Below, one piece after another: positions 10,209-19,938 of a stretch of 64,000 nucleotides of DNA. The stretch comes from Alphaproteobacteria bacterium (lineage in GTDB: Bacteria > Pseudomonadota > Alphaproteobacteria > SHVV01): the NCBI GenBank assembly GCA_965261735.1, contig OZ253470.1, forward strand, positions 288,001-352,000. The letters are read 5' to 3'. The position numbers were made by a program, and so were the translations under genes. A model generated the notes under the pieces. It was not told where the DNA came from, did no database searches, and worked only from the letters and a program-made list of their open reading frames with translations. Positions within the stretch are counted from its first letter, which is position 1; every line of letters starts with the position of its first letter.

Positions 10209-11169
10209 TGACGATCTCCTTCTGTACGTCCGTGGTTTCCAATGAGCGGAACGACAGCCGCGCCTCCCGGCCGTTCGCGCTCACGACCGCCTGGGGGGTG
10301 TCCGGCAAGCGGTAGGCCCAGCGGCCATCGGAGCCGCGCTCGGCTGCCCAGGGGCCGGGCGAAAGCAGATATGCGCGGGTGACCAGCAGCAGATCGCCGC
10401 CCTGCCTCCAGGCGCGGCCGCCCTGTCCGCCGCCGTCGACGGCGAGCCGTTCGGCGTCCGGCGGGATGGCGCCCCCGAGCAGGCCGAGCAGCACCGGATC
10501 CCCGGCGTGGAACCCTTCGGGCTGTGCCAGCAAGATCGGATCGGCGTTCGGGCCGGGCATGGCGAGGCGGATCTCGACCCGGAAGTCGGCCGCGCCGCCG
10601 GTTCCGCGCAAGGCGAGCACCAAGGGCTCGGCGAGGCCGGCCAGCGTCACCACCGCATTGCCGTCGAGATAGGCCTGGCGGGGTGCGAGATAGAGCAGAT
10701 GGCCTGCGCCGGGATTGGCCGCTTCCGGCACGGCCTCCCGGCCCAGCGGCAGGAAGCGGCTGTCGAGCACGGTCTCGGCGATCGGCCAGGGCGCGCCGGT
10801 CATGCCGGTGAAGGAGAGCACCGTGGTGTAGCCGCGCCTTAGCGAAATCACCGGGATTTGCCCGTCGCCGGGCCCGTCGAGACGGATCCGCCGGATACGG
10901 CCTTGCGGCGGCGCGCCCGTGCCCCGCGCGCTCGCCCGCTGGGTCTGGCGCAACAGCCGGCCCAGGGTCTCGATCTGCTCTTGCGTGAACGGCAAGGCGG
11001 ACCGGCCCTGCCGGGCAGCGTCGGTATCCGGCAAGGCGTGTTCGGGCCAGACGTCGGTCTCGGCGAGAACGCCTGGGCTTGCGTTCGGATTGGCGGGTTC
11101 GGCCGCGGCGGCAAGCGACGGCGCCAGCGCGAGAATCAGCAATAGAAGTGCAAGCGTCCTTATGGTCAT
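10198..11169 (-). CDS. icmK: DotH/IcmK/TraN
   Basis: Signal peptide; 'PVISLRRGYTTVLSFTGMTGAPWPI', 'GNAVVTLAGLAEP', 'PGPNA', 'LLSPG' motifs. Confidence 0.88.
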   Translation of the reverse strand: MTIRTLALLLLILALAPSLAAAAEPANPNASPGVLAETDVWPEHALPDTDAARQGRSALPFTQEQIETLGRLLRQTQRASARGTGAPPQGRIRRIRLDGPGDGQIPVISLRRGYTTVLSFTGMTGAPWPIAETVLDSRFLPLGREAVPEAANPGAGHLLYLAPRQAYLDGNAVVTLAGLAEPLVLALRGTGGAADFRVEIRLAMPGPNADPILLAQPEGFHAGDPVLLGLLGGAIPPDAERLAVDGGGQGGRAWRQGGDLLLVTRAYLLSPGPWAAERGSDGRWAYRLPDTPQAVVSANGREARLSFRSLETTDVQKEIVNEN

Positions 11170-11807
11170 GAGCCGCCTCCCTTGCTGGCGATCAATTGCT
11201 CGATGCCGATGCCGGCGGGGCGTTCCTCCAGCGGCACGCGCATGACCAGCACCTGGGCCAACAGGTCCTGGCTGACGCGCCGCGATCCGGCTTCGAAGGT
11301 GACCAGAAGGGGAAACTCGATGGCCCAGCCGATCCGCCCGGCAAAATGCCGCGTATCGGTAATCACCGGCGCGCCCCGGGCCACCGCCGAGGCGACCTGG
11401 AGGTTGTCGCGCAGACGGTCGAGGAACAGGCTGTCGTCCAGCCCGGCCAGAAACGACTCGTAGCCGCTATCGGTGAACTTGCCGCGGATGCCCGCGAGCC
11501 GCAGGCGCCAGTCGTGATGGCCCAGCGTGAAGGCTTCGGTCACCGCCGCAACGGTCCAGTTGCGCAGCGCCGCGTCGGACATGATTGGCTCGTCGAGCGG
11601 CGTCAGCGGCACCAGCCGTCCATCGGGGGTCGCGGCCACGGTGATGTAGACCGTGGAGTGAAAAAACACGTACCCCGCGAAGGCTGCAGCCGTGAGCAAG
11701 TTCGTCACCAACAACCACGATGCGGCGCGGCGCCAACCATGATGCTGGTCGCGCTGGAAGGCGAATTGCCGCGCGGCCTCCGCGATGGCCTGAACCCGGC
11801 TACTCAT
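11166..11807 (-). CDS. icmL: DotI/IcmL/TraM VirB8-like protein
   Basis: Single TM followed by 'ATPDGRLVPLTPLDEPIMSDAALRNW…FTDSGY…GIGIEQ'. Likely start at 11807. Confidence 0.9.
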   Translation of the reverse strand: MSSRVQAIAEAARQFAFQRDQHHGWRRAASWLLVTNLLTAAAFAGYVFFHSTVYITVAATPDGRLVPLTPLDEPIMSDAALRNWTVAAVTEAFTLGHHDWRLRLAGIRGKFTDSGYESFLAGLDDSLFLDRLRDNLQVASAVARGAPVITDTRHFAGRIGWAIEFPLLVTFEAGSRRVSQDLLAQVLVMRVPLEERPAGIGIEQLIASKGGGS

Positions 11808-12681
11808 CGCCGAGCTCCCGCAGCCAGGCATTGAGATCGGGGATATCGCCGACCCGATGCGCGATGCCGCCTTGCATAGTGCGGTGTGCGATCAGCGGCA
11901 CGGAGCGCTCGCCCCATGCGTCGAATAGGGCGTTATTACGCGCGATGCGGTCCCGGGCGTGCCTGTCGGCCGGACCATCGTCGCGGGCGAACCAGGCTTG
12001 CGCCGGATCGGGACTGGCGGCGATTCCCGCCGCGCGGTGCGCCGAAGCCGCGCCTAACAGCGCCACCGGCACGACATACAGTCGCAGCTTGCCAGCCATC
12101 GCCTCGCGGCCGATCCGCGCCACGGCCGAGCGCGACCATGGACAACTTGGATCGCCGAACAGGACGACCAGCGGCCCCTGCTCCCCGAGGGTGAAACCGA
12201 AAGCGGACGCCGAACGCTCGAACAGGGCCGCGCGGGATACGCCGGTGGACGTATCGGGCGTTGCCGTCTCAGTGGGGACGGCGGAATCCCGTACCCCGGC
12301 GCCCTCTACATTCGCCGCGGGATTTTGCGCACCCGATGCCGAGCTCGGCGCGGCGCCTGCCGGACGGTTTTCGCCACGCACGGCGGCGAGTTGCCCGCCG
12401 GTCAGCAGCACGCCGTCCGGGCCATAAAGCAGCCCGGCGACCCCATGGCCATCGTCGGTCACATAGAGGCTGTAACCGGCGTCCCCCACCGGGGTCACGA
12501 GATAGCCCGTAAGCCCGCCGCGCGCACCGAGCGGCATGATTTGCGCGCCCTTGTCCCGGAGCGCGCTCACAAGGTCCGGCTCGGCGGCACGGGAAGCCGG
12601 GATCGCAACGGCAGCAACCGATACGGCCGCCATTATCGTTGCAATATTTTGTAAGAGCTTCGCGATGGGTCCCGAGTTCAT
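11800..12681 (-). CDS. DsbG/DsbC-like periplasmic thioredoxin-fold protein (TrbB-like) with a CXXS site
   Basis: Signal peptide, DsbG-type N-domain ('LYVTDDGHGVAGLLYGPDG'), 'FGDPSCPWS', 'VPVALLG'. Confidence 0.75.
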   Translation of the reverse strand: MNSGPIAKLLQNIATIMAAVSVAAVAIPASRAAEPDLVSALRDKGAQIMPLGARGGLTGYLVTPVGDAGYSLYVTDDGHGVAGLLYGPDGVLLTGGQLAAVRGENRPAGAAPSSASGAQNPAANVEGAGVRDSAVPTETATPDTSTGVSRAALFERSASAFGFTLGEQGPLVVLFGDPSCPWSRSAVARIGREAMAGKLRLYVVPVALLGAASAHRAAGIAASPDPAQAWFARDDGPADRHARDRIARNNALFDAWGERSVPLIAHRTMQGGIAHRVGDIPDLNAWLRELGDE

Positions 12682-13301
12682 GGTTTGTCTCCGGAAGAGG
12701 TCAGTCGCGGCGCGCGATGGGTCACGGCGAGCGACTTGCCGCCGGTGGTGAATTCCGCGACGGGCGGGTGCGGCAGATGGGAAAGCGCGAAGAACAGCGC
12801 CCGCACGGCGTCAATGAAGGCGCCTTCGAACGCCTGGCCGCGGTGCAGGCGGTAGCGCCGGTCGGTGAGAAAAAGCACTTCGGTTCCGGCCCGCGTGCCC
12901 CAGCGCTCCAGCACGGCCCGCAGGGTGTCGCCGGCTTCGACGCGCCACACACCATGGCCGCGATCGGCGGTAGCAAGCTCGACCGCGACCGGCGGCAAAC
13001 CGGCCGGGCGGATATGGAGTTCGCCGCCATGACGAACCGCTGCGAGCCCTTCACCGAACAGCAGGCTTTGCCAGTCGGGATACTCGTCCACGACCGCCTT
13101 GGCGGCATCGACCCGGCGGTCGTAGCGCAGGCGGAGCGAGGGCGGCGCCAGGCGTTTCAAAGTTTGCGCAAGCGTTGCGCCATTGCGCTCGCCGCGTTCG
13201 CCGGCCTCGTCCAGCACGGTGACCCCGGCGCGCACGGCGGACGGCGCCACGTAGCGAAACTCGGCCGAAGCGGCGGACGGCAAGAGGGCCGATCCCGCCA
13301 T
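12678..13301 (-). CDS. PilL/TcpQ-domain type IVb pilus protein
   Basis: C-terminal 'WRVEAGDTLRAVLERWGTRAG…FEGAFIDAVRALF' is a TcpQ-like domain. Probable ATG at 13301 overlaps the icmT stop (TGATG). Confidence 0.7.
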   Translation of the reverse strand: MAGSALLPSAASAEFRYVAPSAVRAGVTVLDEAGERGERNGATLAQTLKRLAPPSLRLRYDRRVDAAKAVVDEYPDWQSLLFGEGLAAVRHGGELHIRPAGLPPVAVELATADRGHGVWRVEAGDTLRAVLERWGTRAGTEVLFLTDRRYRLHRGQAFEGAFIDAVRALFFALSHLPHPPVAEFTTGGKSLAVTHRAPRLTSSGDKP

Positions 13302-13573
13302 CAGCCAAAATCCACAAAGCGCCGCAACCGCGCCGCGTGAAGGGCGCGGCGCCGGCCAGCGCTTGCGGCGCGGAGCGCCCGGAGCCCGGCCCGAAAACGG
13401 TAACCCCGCGCCTCGGCGATGCGGAACGCCGCGATCGACAGCAGGACGGCCGCCGTCGTCCACCAGGCCGGCAGGAACAGCCACACCGTCAGCAGGACCA
13501 GCAGACGCGCGTCGATCGTGTAGAACCGCACCGGGCGCATGGTGTCGCGCCAGGCCACTTCGGAAGGGTCCAT
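13301..13573 (-). CDS. icmT: IcmT/TraK family protein
   Basis: 'WRDTMRPVRFYTIDAR' signature, TM segment, basic C-terminus. Confidence 0.88.
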   Translation of the reverse strand: MDPSEVAWRDTMRPVRFYTIDARLLVLLTVWLFLPAWWTTAAVLLSIAAFRIAEARGYRFRAGLRALRAASAGRRRALHAARLRRFVDFG

Positions 13574-13585
13574 GGAATCGTCTCC

Positions 13586-14686
13586 TCAACATGTGCCGGC
13601 CCCCCCTGATCGGACTTCGAGCTCGCAGCCCCCAGCCCTGCCGGCGTTGCCGCCGCCAGCCGCGCCCGTGGCACATGCGCGGTAGCGCCGGTGCACGTCC
13701 GGTCCGATCCGGCCCTCGGCGAAGGCGCGCCCGGCCGCAGCGGCAAGATTGTTGCCGGTCGCCGCGAGCGCGGTTTCGATCCGCGCCGGCCAGCCGGTTT
13801 GCGGCAGCTCCAACAGTTCGGCCTTGAGGCGGTCGTCGAAGACCAGCCATTCGCGCAGCGCCGTGCGACCGCCCCGTTCCGAAGTGCTGCGGTCCGATCC
13901 GGCCGGGTACGGCGCCAGCACCTGGGTGACCGCGAGGTTCATGGCGTCGATCAGCGCGGCGCCGCGCTCGGCACGCTCGCCGGCAGGGAACTCCGCCAGC
14001 AGGCGGCGGATGGTGGCTGCGACGCCGATGGTGTGGGCGGTGGAATAGACCGCGATGCCGTAATCGGCGGCGCGGACCACGGCCTCGACGGTCTCGCGGT
14101 CGCGCGCCTCGCCGACGATCACCGCAGCGGGACGGCGGCGCAGGGAAGAACGCAGGCCGTCGGCGAAACTCTGGAAGTGACGGGGGATCTCCGAGGACGA
14201 CATCAGCGCGCCGTCCCCTTCGATATGGTCGAACACGAACTCGATGGGCGCCTCATAGGACTGGATGCGCCCGGCGCCGTGCTCCAGCAGCCGCCGCGTA
14301 CCGGCGGCTAGCAGGGTCGACTTGCCGGAACCCGGCACCCCGGTCACCAGGGTCAGGCCGCGCCGCAGATCCCAGGCATCGACGATCTCGTCCTCGATGC
14401 CGAGTTCCTCGAAGCTCGGCGGCGCGCCGGGCAGAACCCGCAGCGTGATGTTGACCGCAAAACCGCCCGCGGCCTGCACCGCAGCGAGGTTGCAACGGAA
14501 ACGCCGGATGACGCCGCGCGCCTCGGCCACGGCATGGGAACAGTCGATGGCCCGCCCGCCGCGCAGGATGCCTTCGCCGGTGGCATCGAAGATGCGTGCG
14601 CACAAGCCGCCGAGCGCAACACCGTCGAGCGCCGCGCCGGTCGCCCGCAACAATCTGCCGTCGACCTCAATGAATGCAGGTCGCGC
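13586..14686 (-). pseudogene. dotB: DotB/TraJ (PilT-like) ATPase lacking its N-terminus
   Basis: Walker A GVPGSGKST, 'YEAPIEF', 'LRRRP..VIVGEARD', 'YSTAH', 'GRTALREWL'. Homology begins abruptly at 'RPAFIEVDG' with no start codon or RBS. Confidence 0.8.
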
Positions 14687-16173
14687 ACGAAGGCGAGATA
14701 ACCGGCGTCGGGACGGATGGTCTCGGCGATCGCCGTCTGTTCGATGTAGCCGTTCCAGGCCCGGGCGGCGACCGCGCCGCCGTCCTCGCGTCGGCACCGG
14801 GGACAGCCCTTCGGGTTGCGGTAGCGAACTGCCGCGTTGCCGAGCAGACGTGCGGCCAGATTTTCCGGGGCAACGCGTCCCTCGGCGTGCCGCTCGAGCG
14901 TGCAGTCCGGGCACAACAGCGGCAGCAGGGTCTGCTTCATCAGCAGCGCGACATTGCCGGGCTTGGTCACCTCGGCCACGCCGACTCCCATGTCGATCAG
15001 CCGGAACAGGATGGCGTTGGCCGAGTGGACGTGGATCGTGGTCCACACCTGGTGGCCGGTATCGATGAACTGCATCACCTGGCGGGCGGCGTCGGCGTCA
15101 CGGATCTCGGAGACCATGCCGCTGGCCGGGTGGATCCGGCAGAAATGCATCAGCGCTTCCTTGAAATGCCCGGCCCGCTCGTCGCCCAGGCCCGAGGTCG
15201 GCACCGCGATCTGGACGGCGCCCGGAATGCGGTATTCGACCGGGTCCTCGATGGTCACCAGATTGAGCTGGCCGTCGAACTCGGCCATCTGCAGGGCGAG
15301 ATTGACGGCCAGTGTGGTCGACTTGCCGTCGCCCGCGGTGCCGCCGATGAAGACACCGCCATGCGGCGCCATGCGGATGCCGGCGAACAACGCGGCTTCG
15401 GTTGCCGAGAAACCGAGGCGCTCCAGGGTCATGCCGGCGTCGAGCCGGTCGGCATAGAACATGCGCGCGAACAGGTGATCGCCGTCGGGCTCGTGCGGCC
15501 CGCGCTGGCAGCGGAGCGCCGAGACGCCCGCCGGCAGCGGCACCTGGCCGCCGGCGCGGATCGAGAAGCCCTGGAAGGAGCCCCGCCGGTAGCTCGTCTG
15601 GGACGACCCCTCGTCCTTGCAATGGAACAGGAAACCGGCGGCCTCGCGGCCTTCCTCGGCCGTCAGCGGTTGGGCCAGGGGCAGCTTGCGGTCGTTGACG
15701 ATGGCGAAGACATGGCAGGCGCCGCCGCCGGTCTCGAACACCACGTCGCTCGCCCGGGCCGCCGCCGCATCCTCGAACAGACGCTTGACCCGCCGGGCCG
15801 CCGCTTCGCCCGCCGCTGGCGACGATGCGGCGCCTGCGGCCCGCCAGCATTCGGCGATCTCTTCGAGGGTTGCGGTTTCTTCGGCCACCGCCACCGGGAT
15901 GGCGCCGCTCTGGCGCAGCGCCAGCAGCGCCGAGCGCAGCCGGGCGTCGGCCTCGTAGCCGCGCGCGATCAGGCAACGCCCGCCGGCGAACACCGCGCAG
16001 ATGCGCCGGAACCGGGCGTCCATCGCGGCGGCGCGAATCAATCGGTTGGCATCCGCGGTCTTTGGTGCGTCGGCGCCGGTACGTCTACCGCGCCATGAAA
16101 ATAAACGCGTGAGCGGCCGGACCATGGTTTTTGCGATGGCGCCGGGACGGGTGTTCGCCGGTTGCCGCGTCAT
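14680..16173 (-). pseudogene. pilQ: PilQ/GspE-type pilus assembly ATPase, C-terminus truncated by fusion to dotB DNA
   Basis: 'ASDV', Walker A GTAGDGKST, 'TIEDPVEY', 'EIRD', 'TGHQVWTTIH', CPDC/CPRC Zn motifs. After 'GYLAFVR' the ORF reads out of frame into dotB to a stop at 14353. Confidence 0.8.
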
Positions 16174-17027
16174 GAGCCGTCTCCGGGCCTGGCCCTGTAA
16201 GGCAATGCACTGTCGTCCGTACCCTCGATTTGCACGCCGGGCGGGCGCGCGGCGATTCGGCCGACCCGGACATCGCCGGGAAGCGGATCGCCCTTGCGCA
16301 CGAACCAGACCCGCCGCCCATCGGTGACACCGGCGTGCAGATCGCCCGCCATCCCGACGATCGAGAACCAGCCATAGCGCGGCGCTGCCGGCGCGGCTTT
16401 CGCCGGCTTGCGCGCAGTCGTGGAGGGCGCCGGCAGCTTTGCAGGGACCGTGTTAAATTGCGGCATGACTGAAGGAACGGTGGCAGCCACCGCCGAGGAT
16501 CGATTTGCGGCGGCCGGTTCCGCCTGCGCCCGGAGCGCCCGCAACTGGGCCTCCGTCTCGAATATCCCGGTCACGATCAGCTGGCGCTCATGGCATAGCT
16601 TCAAGGTCTCCTGCTCGATCGCCAGGGCGGACAGCGCATCTTCCTTGTTCGCCACACCCGCAAGCAGCCGGGTCAGCAGATCGCGCGGACAGCCTGCGAT
16701 GATAGATGCAGCCATCGGCGGCATCGGGATGCCGGAATCCGGAGCGGACACGTTTGGCGGCCGCGCTTCTTCGCCTCGGCCTGCCGGTTGCGCATTCTCG
16801 GCCGCCCCACCTTCCAGCACACGAAGCAGACGGCTGCGGCCTGGGGCATTCGCAGCGCCCGTGGATGACGCCATGGGCGGGACGGAAAGAGCCGGCTTTG
16901 AATTCACGTCGGTGGATTGCGTTCCCGGCGCGGGCGGTGAAACCGCGTCCAGCGCGGATGCGCCCGATGCCGCCACCATCGCCACGAGGCAGGCGCCAAG
17001 AGTGCGAAGATGTGCCGCGGCGGTCAT
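16170..17027 (-). CDS. PilP-like type IVb pilus biogenesis protein
   Basis: Signal peptide, coiled coil, and C-terminal 'SIVGMAGDLHAGV…VRKGDPLPGDVRVGRI' PilP-type beta domain. Confidence 0.65.
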   Translation of the reverse strand: MTAAAHLRTLGACLVAMVAASGASALDAVSPPAPGTQSTDVNSKPALSVPPMASSTGAANAPGRSRLLRVLEGGAAENAQPAGRGEEARPPNVSAPDSGIPMPPMAASIIAGCPRDLLTRLLAGVANKEDALSALAIEQETLKLCHERQLIVTGIFETEAQLRALRAQAEPAAANRSSAVAATVPSVMPQFNTVPAKLPAPSTTARKPAKAAPAAPRYGWFSIVGMAGDLHAGVTDGRRVWFVRKGDPLPGDVRVGRIAARPPGVQIEGTDDSALPYRARPGDGS

Positions 17028-18259
17028 TCGGGCGTCCACCCGACATGGTCGGCGAGTGCGCGCCAGGGATAGCTGTTGGCCGCCGCCGCGCCGTCGAGGG
17101 TCACGATCAGCTCGCCGCGCGACCAGCGCCACGCACCGGCCGTCCCGCGACTGCCGTTGCCGTCTCCCAATACCGCGGTAAGAGTTCCATCCGCCCTGAA
17201 GCGGAACCCGGAATCCTCGCGATCCATGAAGGGCAGCGTGACCGGGCCGCTTAGCGCCGCCAGCCAATCGGTCAGCCGCATCGCGGCGTACCGTTCTCCG
17301 GTGGGCAGCAGCGGCAGCGCGTCGCCGACCCGGAAACGCGGGCGCAACGGCAGTCGCTCGTATTGCAGCGCGATCTCCGTGCCGCCCGCCGCCGGGACGA
17401 GATGGCCGGTATCGGCGATTGCGCCAGTATCGCCGCTGCCGTCGAGTAGCCACAACTCGTCGCGATCCGGACCGAGCACCAGAACATGGCGCGCACCGCC
17501 ATTGTCGACCAGCACCCGGCCGTTGTTATCTTCGAGGAAGCGCTTGAGCGCCGCAGCCGGCAGGGTTGCATGGTCCCCCGACGCCGCGATTCCGGTCGCT
17601 CCCGGTCCGCGCAGCTCGGAGCCCGGAAATCCGCGCACGGGCGCATCCAGGTCCTGTGCCGCCATCTCGTCGAATACCGCCGAGGTCTGCCTCTCGTTGA
17701 TCGGCAGGTCCGCCGGCAACGCCAAGTCCGGGCAGGCGTCCTTCATCGCCCGCGGCCAGCTTTCCTGAACCCAGCCGCGCGAAGCCACTGCCCAGACGCC
17801 GGACGCGGCTCCCAACGCCTCGTTGTGCAGCACGCCGGTGGCGGGATCGTAGAAGATCGGGGTGTGGCCGCGCCGCTGCCCGGGATCCGGCTCCACGCCC
17901 GTCTCGTTGAAATTGTAGAGCGCGCGGAACTCGCGGGACGGCACCACCCGCCAGCGCGCGGTTCCGGGCGCATAGGCGCCGCCGAGTTGGGCGCAGGCGC
18001 GAAGCGTGCCGTCCGGGCCGTGGTAATGCGCCCAGACGGTATTGCGATCACCAGCACGCCGCGAGTTCGGCCGCTCCAGGATCCAGACGCGGCCTTCGAG
18101 CAGGCCGGTGAAGAAGCCGGCGGCGTGGGAGCTGTAATTGGGAGATCCGGGAGCGGCTTGCGCCAAAGCGCCGCTCGTTCCGGGATTGCTTGCCATGAGA
18201 GCGGCCAACGCTATCGATGCAATGGCGAGCGACGGAGTTGGAAGCCGTGTCATCGTCAT
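17024..18259 (-). CDS. Secreted hypothetical protein in the pilus operon
   Basis: Signal peptide (…GALAQA). ATGA overlaps with both neighbours. Trp-rich; no family recognised. Confidence 0.7.
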   Translation of the reverse strand: MTMTRLPTPSLAIASIALAALMASNPGTSGALAQAAPGSPNYSSHAAGFFTGLLEGRVWILERPNSRRAGDRNTVWAHYHGPDGTLRACAQLGGAYAPGTARWRVVPSREFRALYNFNETGVEPDPGQRRGHTPIFYDPATGVLHNEALGAASGVWAVASRGWVQESWPRAMKDACPDLALPADLPINERQTSAVFDEMAAQDLDAPVRGFPGSELRGPGATGIAASGDHATLPAAALKRFLEDNNGRVLVDNGGARHVLVLGPDRDELWLLDGSGDTGAIADTGHLVPAAGGTEIALQYERLPLRPRFRVGDALPLLPTGERYAAMRLTDWLAALSGPVTLPFMDREDSGFRFRADGTLTAVLGDGNGSRGTAGAWRWSRGELIVTLDGAAAANSYPWRALADHVGWTPE

Positions 18260-19938
18260 GTTCCTTTGGTGGTGTTTGCTCCGGCAACCATGCGGCCGTC
18301 CGGTTCCGTCCAACACGCCGCGAGGCGGCGCACCATGGCGGCATAGATCCCAAACGCCCCGTCTTCGTCGCCCGCGGCGATAGCCGCGATGGCCGCGTCG
18401 ATACGGCCGCCGATCCAGTCCCAGTCCGAATGTCCTTGGGGAATCGCGGCGGCGATGCGGGGCGCGATTTCGTAATATTCGGCGACCAGCGCCCGGCGTT
18501 TGGGCGTTTTCATCATGTAGCCGTCGCGGAAGCGCCGTAGCGCGGTCAGGGTCGGCCCGTCATCCGCTTCGATGCCGCGCCGCTCGACAATCGCCGTGGT
18601 CAGGAAGCAACCGCCTCCACCGCCGCCGCCTCCACCGCCGCCACCGAACCCGCTGGTGTCGAACCCGATACTGCTGTCGACGCTGCAGACGTCCGTGCCG
18701 GCGTCGGGGTCAAGGGACGGGCTGCAGGAATCGCCACCCGGACCGCCCGCACCGCCGAAGCCTCCCGCGTCCGGCTCGCCTCCGCCGACATCACCAACGC
18801 CGCCCCAATCCGGCGGGGTCACGGCCTCACAGCTGTCCGTCTCCAGAATCCAGGGGCCGTAATTGATCTGCACGATCGGCTCCGCGTCCCACGGGAACTG
18901 GGTCGCCCGCCGGGTCGCGGTGCGCCGGTAGTCCTGGCTTCCCGTGTAGCCGGGCGGGCAGCCATCGGTCATCGCTTCGGTTTGCGCGGTCTCCGTCATC
19001 ACCGCCGTGGGCGGCACGGGAACCTTGCCGGTCCAGCAGCTCGTCGAGACGAATTCGGGCGGACCCAACGTCTCGCCCTCCGCCGTCACGCTCTTCAGGC
19101 GGCGCCAGATCTCGCGGCCTTCCATGCGCCGGTTGTGCGGCGGCCCGGCGTCCCAGTGGCAGACCAGCGTGTAGTTCTCCCAGGCCGTGTAATTGGCCCG
19201 GCATTCGTCGATCAGAAGCTGCCAGGGGCCATGGACCGGGTCGCCCACCGGGTTGCCGCGTTCGTCATGGGTTTGAGTGACCTCGCGCACTCTTGTGCGG
19301 CCCTGGCCGTGCTCACCGGCGGCACAATCCTCGATCTGCCGTTCGCGGCTCACACGTTCGTTGGTGTGGGCGTAAGGATCGCGCACGGTGCCGGCGAGCG
19401 CGGTGCGGCCCGAGGGCAGCGGCCCGCCGAAAGCGGTATCGGACAGGCAGGCGGGGAGTGTCACTGAAGGGCGGCCCGCAGCACCCGTGGCCCGGCCTGC
19501 TTCCAGCCAGTGCAGCACCGGCGCCTGGCCATTCGCTCCGCCGCCGGCGTAGGCATGGGGCGCTGCCTGGACCGCGCGGTGATCGCGGCCGACGCCCTTG
19601 AGACGCTCAGGCGCGAGATAGACCAGCAACGTGTCTTCGCAATAACGCGCCCGCACGCCGCGCAACGTCCAATCGGCAAGCCAGCCGCTGCCGGCCGGCG
19701 GAACCGCGCCGCTCCAGCCCGAGACGCCTGCGCCATCCGGATCGGGAGTGCCGGCGGAGCCCGCGAGAATATAGCTCTCCAGGCGGCGCCAGGCCGTGGT
19801 CACCGCGCGCGCATGGGCCAGCGCTTCCTGGCGGTAGACACGTTCGTTCGCGGATTGTTGCGCGACCGCCGGTGCAGCTGTGAGAAGCGCGCACAGGCTG
19901 ACTCCGGCCAGCATGGTTGCTCGGAATGTTCTACTCAT
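18256..19938 (-). CDS. Secreted Cys-rich putative adhesin with a C-terminal CFI-box-CTERM domain
   Basis: AGGAGG RBS, signal peptide, many Cys, poly-Gly linker, then 'GCFLTTA…LRRFRD…LVAEYYEIAPRIA'. Confidence 0.75.
   Translation of the reverse strand: MSRTFRATMLAGVSLCALLTAAPAVAQQSANERVYRQEALAHARAVTTAWRRLESYILAGSAGTPDPDGAGVSGWSGAVPPAGSGWLADWTLRGVRARYCEDTLLVYLAPERLKGVGRDHRAVQAAPHAYAGGGANGQAPVLHWLEAGRATGAAGRPSVTLPACLSDTAFGGPLPSGRTALAGTVRDPYAHTNERVSRERQIEDCAAGEHGQGRTRVREVTQTHDERGNPVGDPVHGPWQLLIDECRANYTAWENYTLVCHWDAGPPHNRRMEGREIWRRLKSVTAEGETLGPPEFVSTSCWTGKVPVPPTAVMTETAQTEAMTDGCPPGYTGSQDYRRTATRRATQFPWDAEPIVQINYGPWILETDSCEAVTPPDWGGVGDVGGGEPDAGGFGGAGGPGGDSCSPSLDPDAGTDVCSVDSSIGFDTSGFGGGGGGGGGGGGCFLTTAIVERRGIEADDGPTLTALRRFRDGYMMKTPKRRALVAEYYEIAPRIAAAIPQGHSDWDWIGGRIDAAIAAIAAGDEDGAFGIYAAMVRRLAACWTEPDGRMVAGANTTKGT

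Noticed and set aside
503-14686. Legionella-style effector-secreting Dot/Icm virulence system
   Set aside because: Presence of ssb, type IVb pilus genes, a short DotG and the integrase/att context indicate conjugation. No IcmS/W/Q/R adaptors were seen.
18256-19938. Shufflon or DGR diversifying the adhesin C-terminus
   Set aside because: No rci recombinase, sfx repeats, reverse transcriptase or TR/VR pair is visible in the window.
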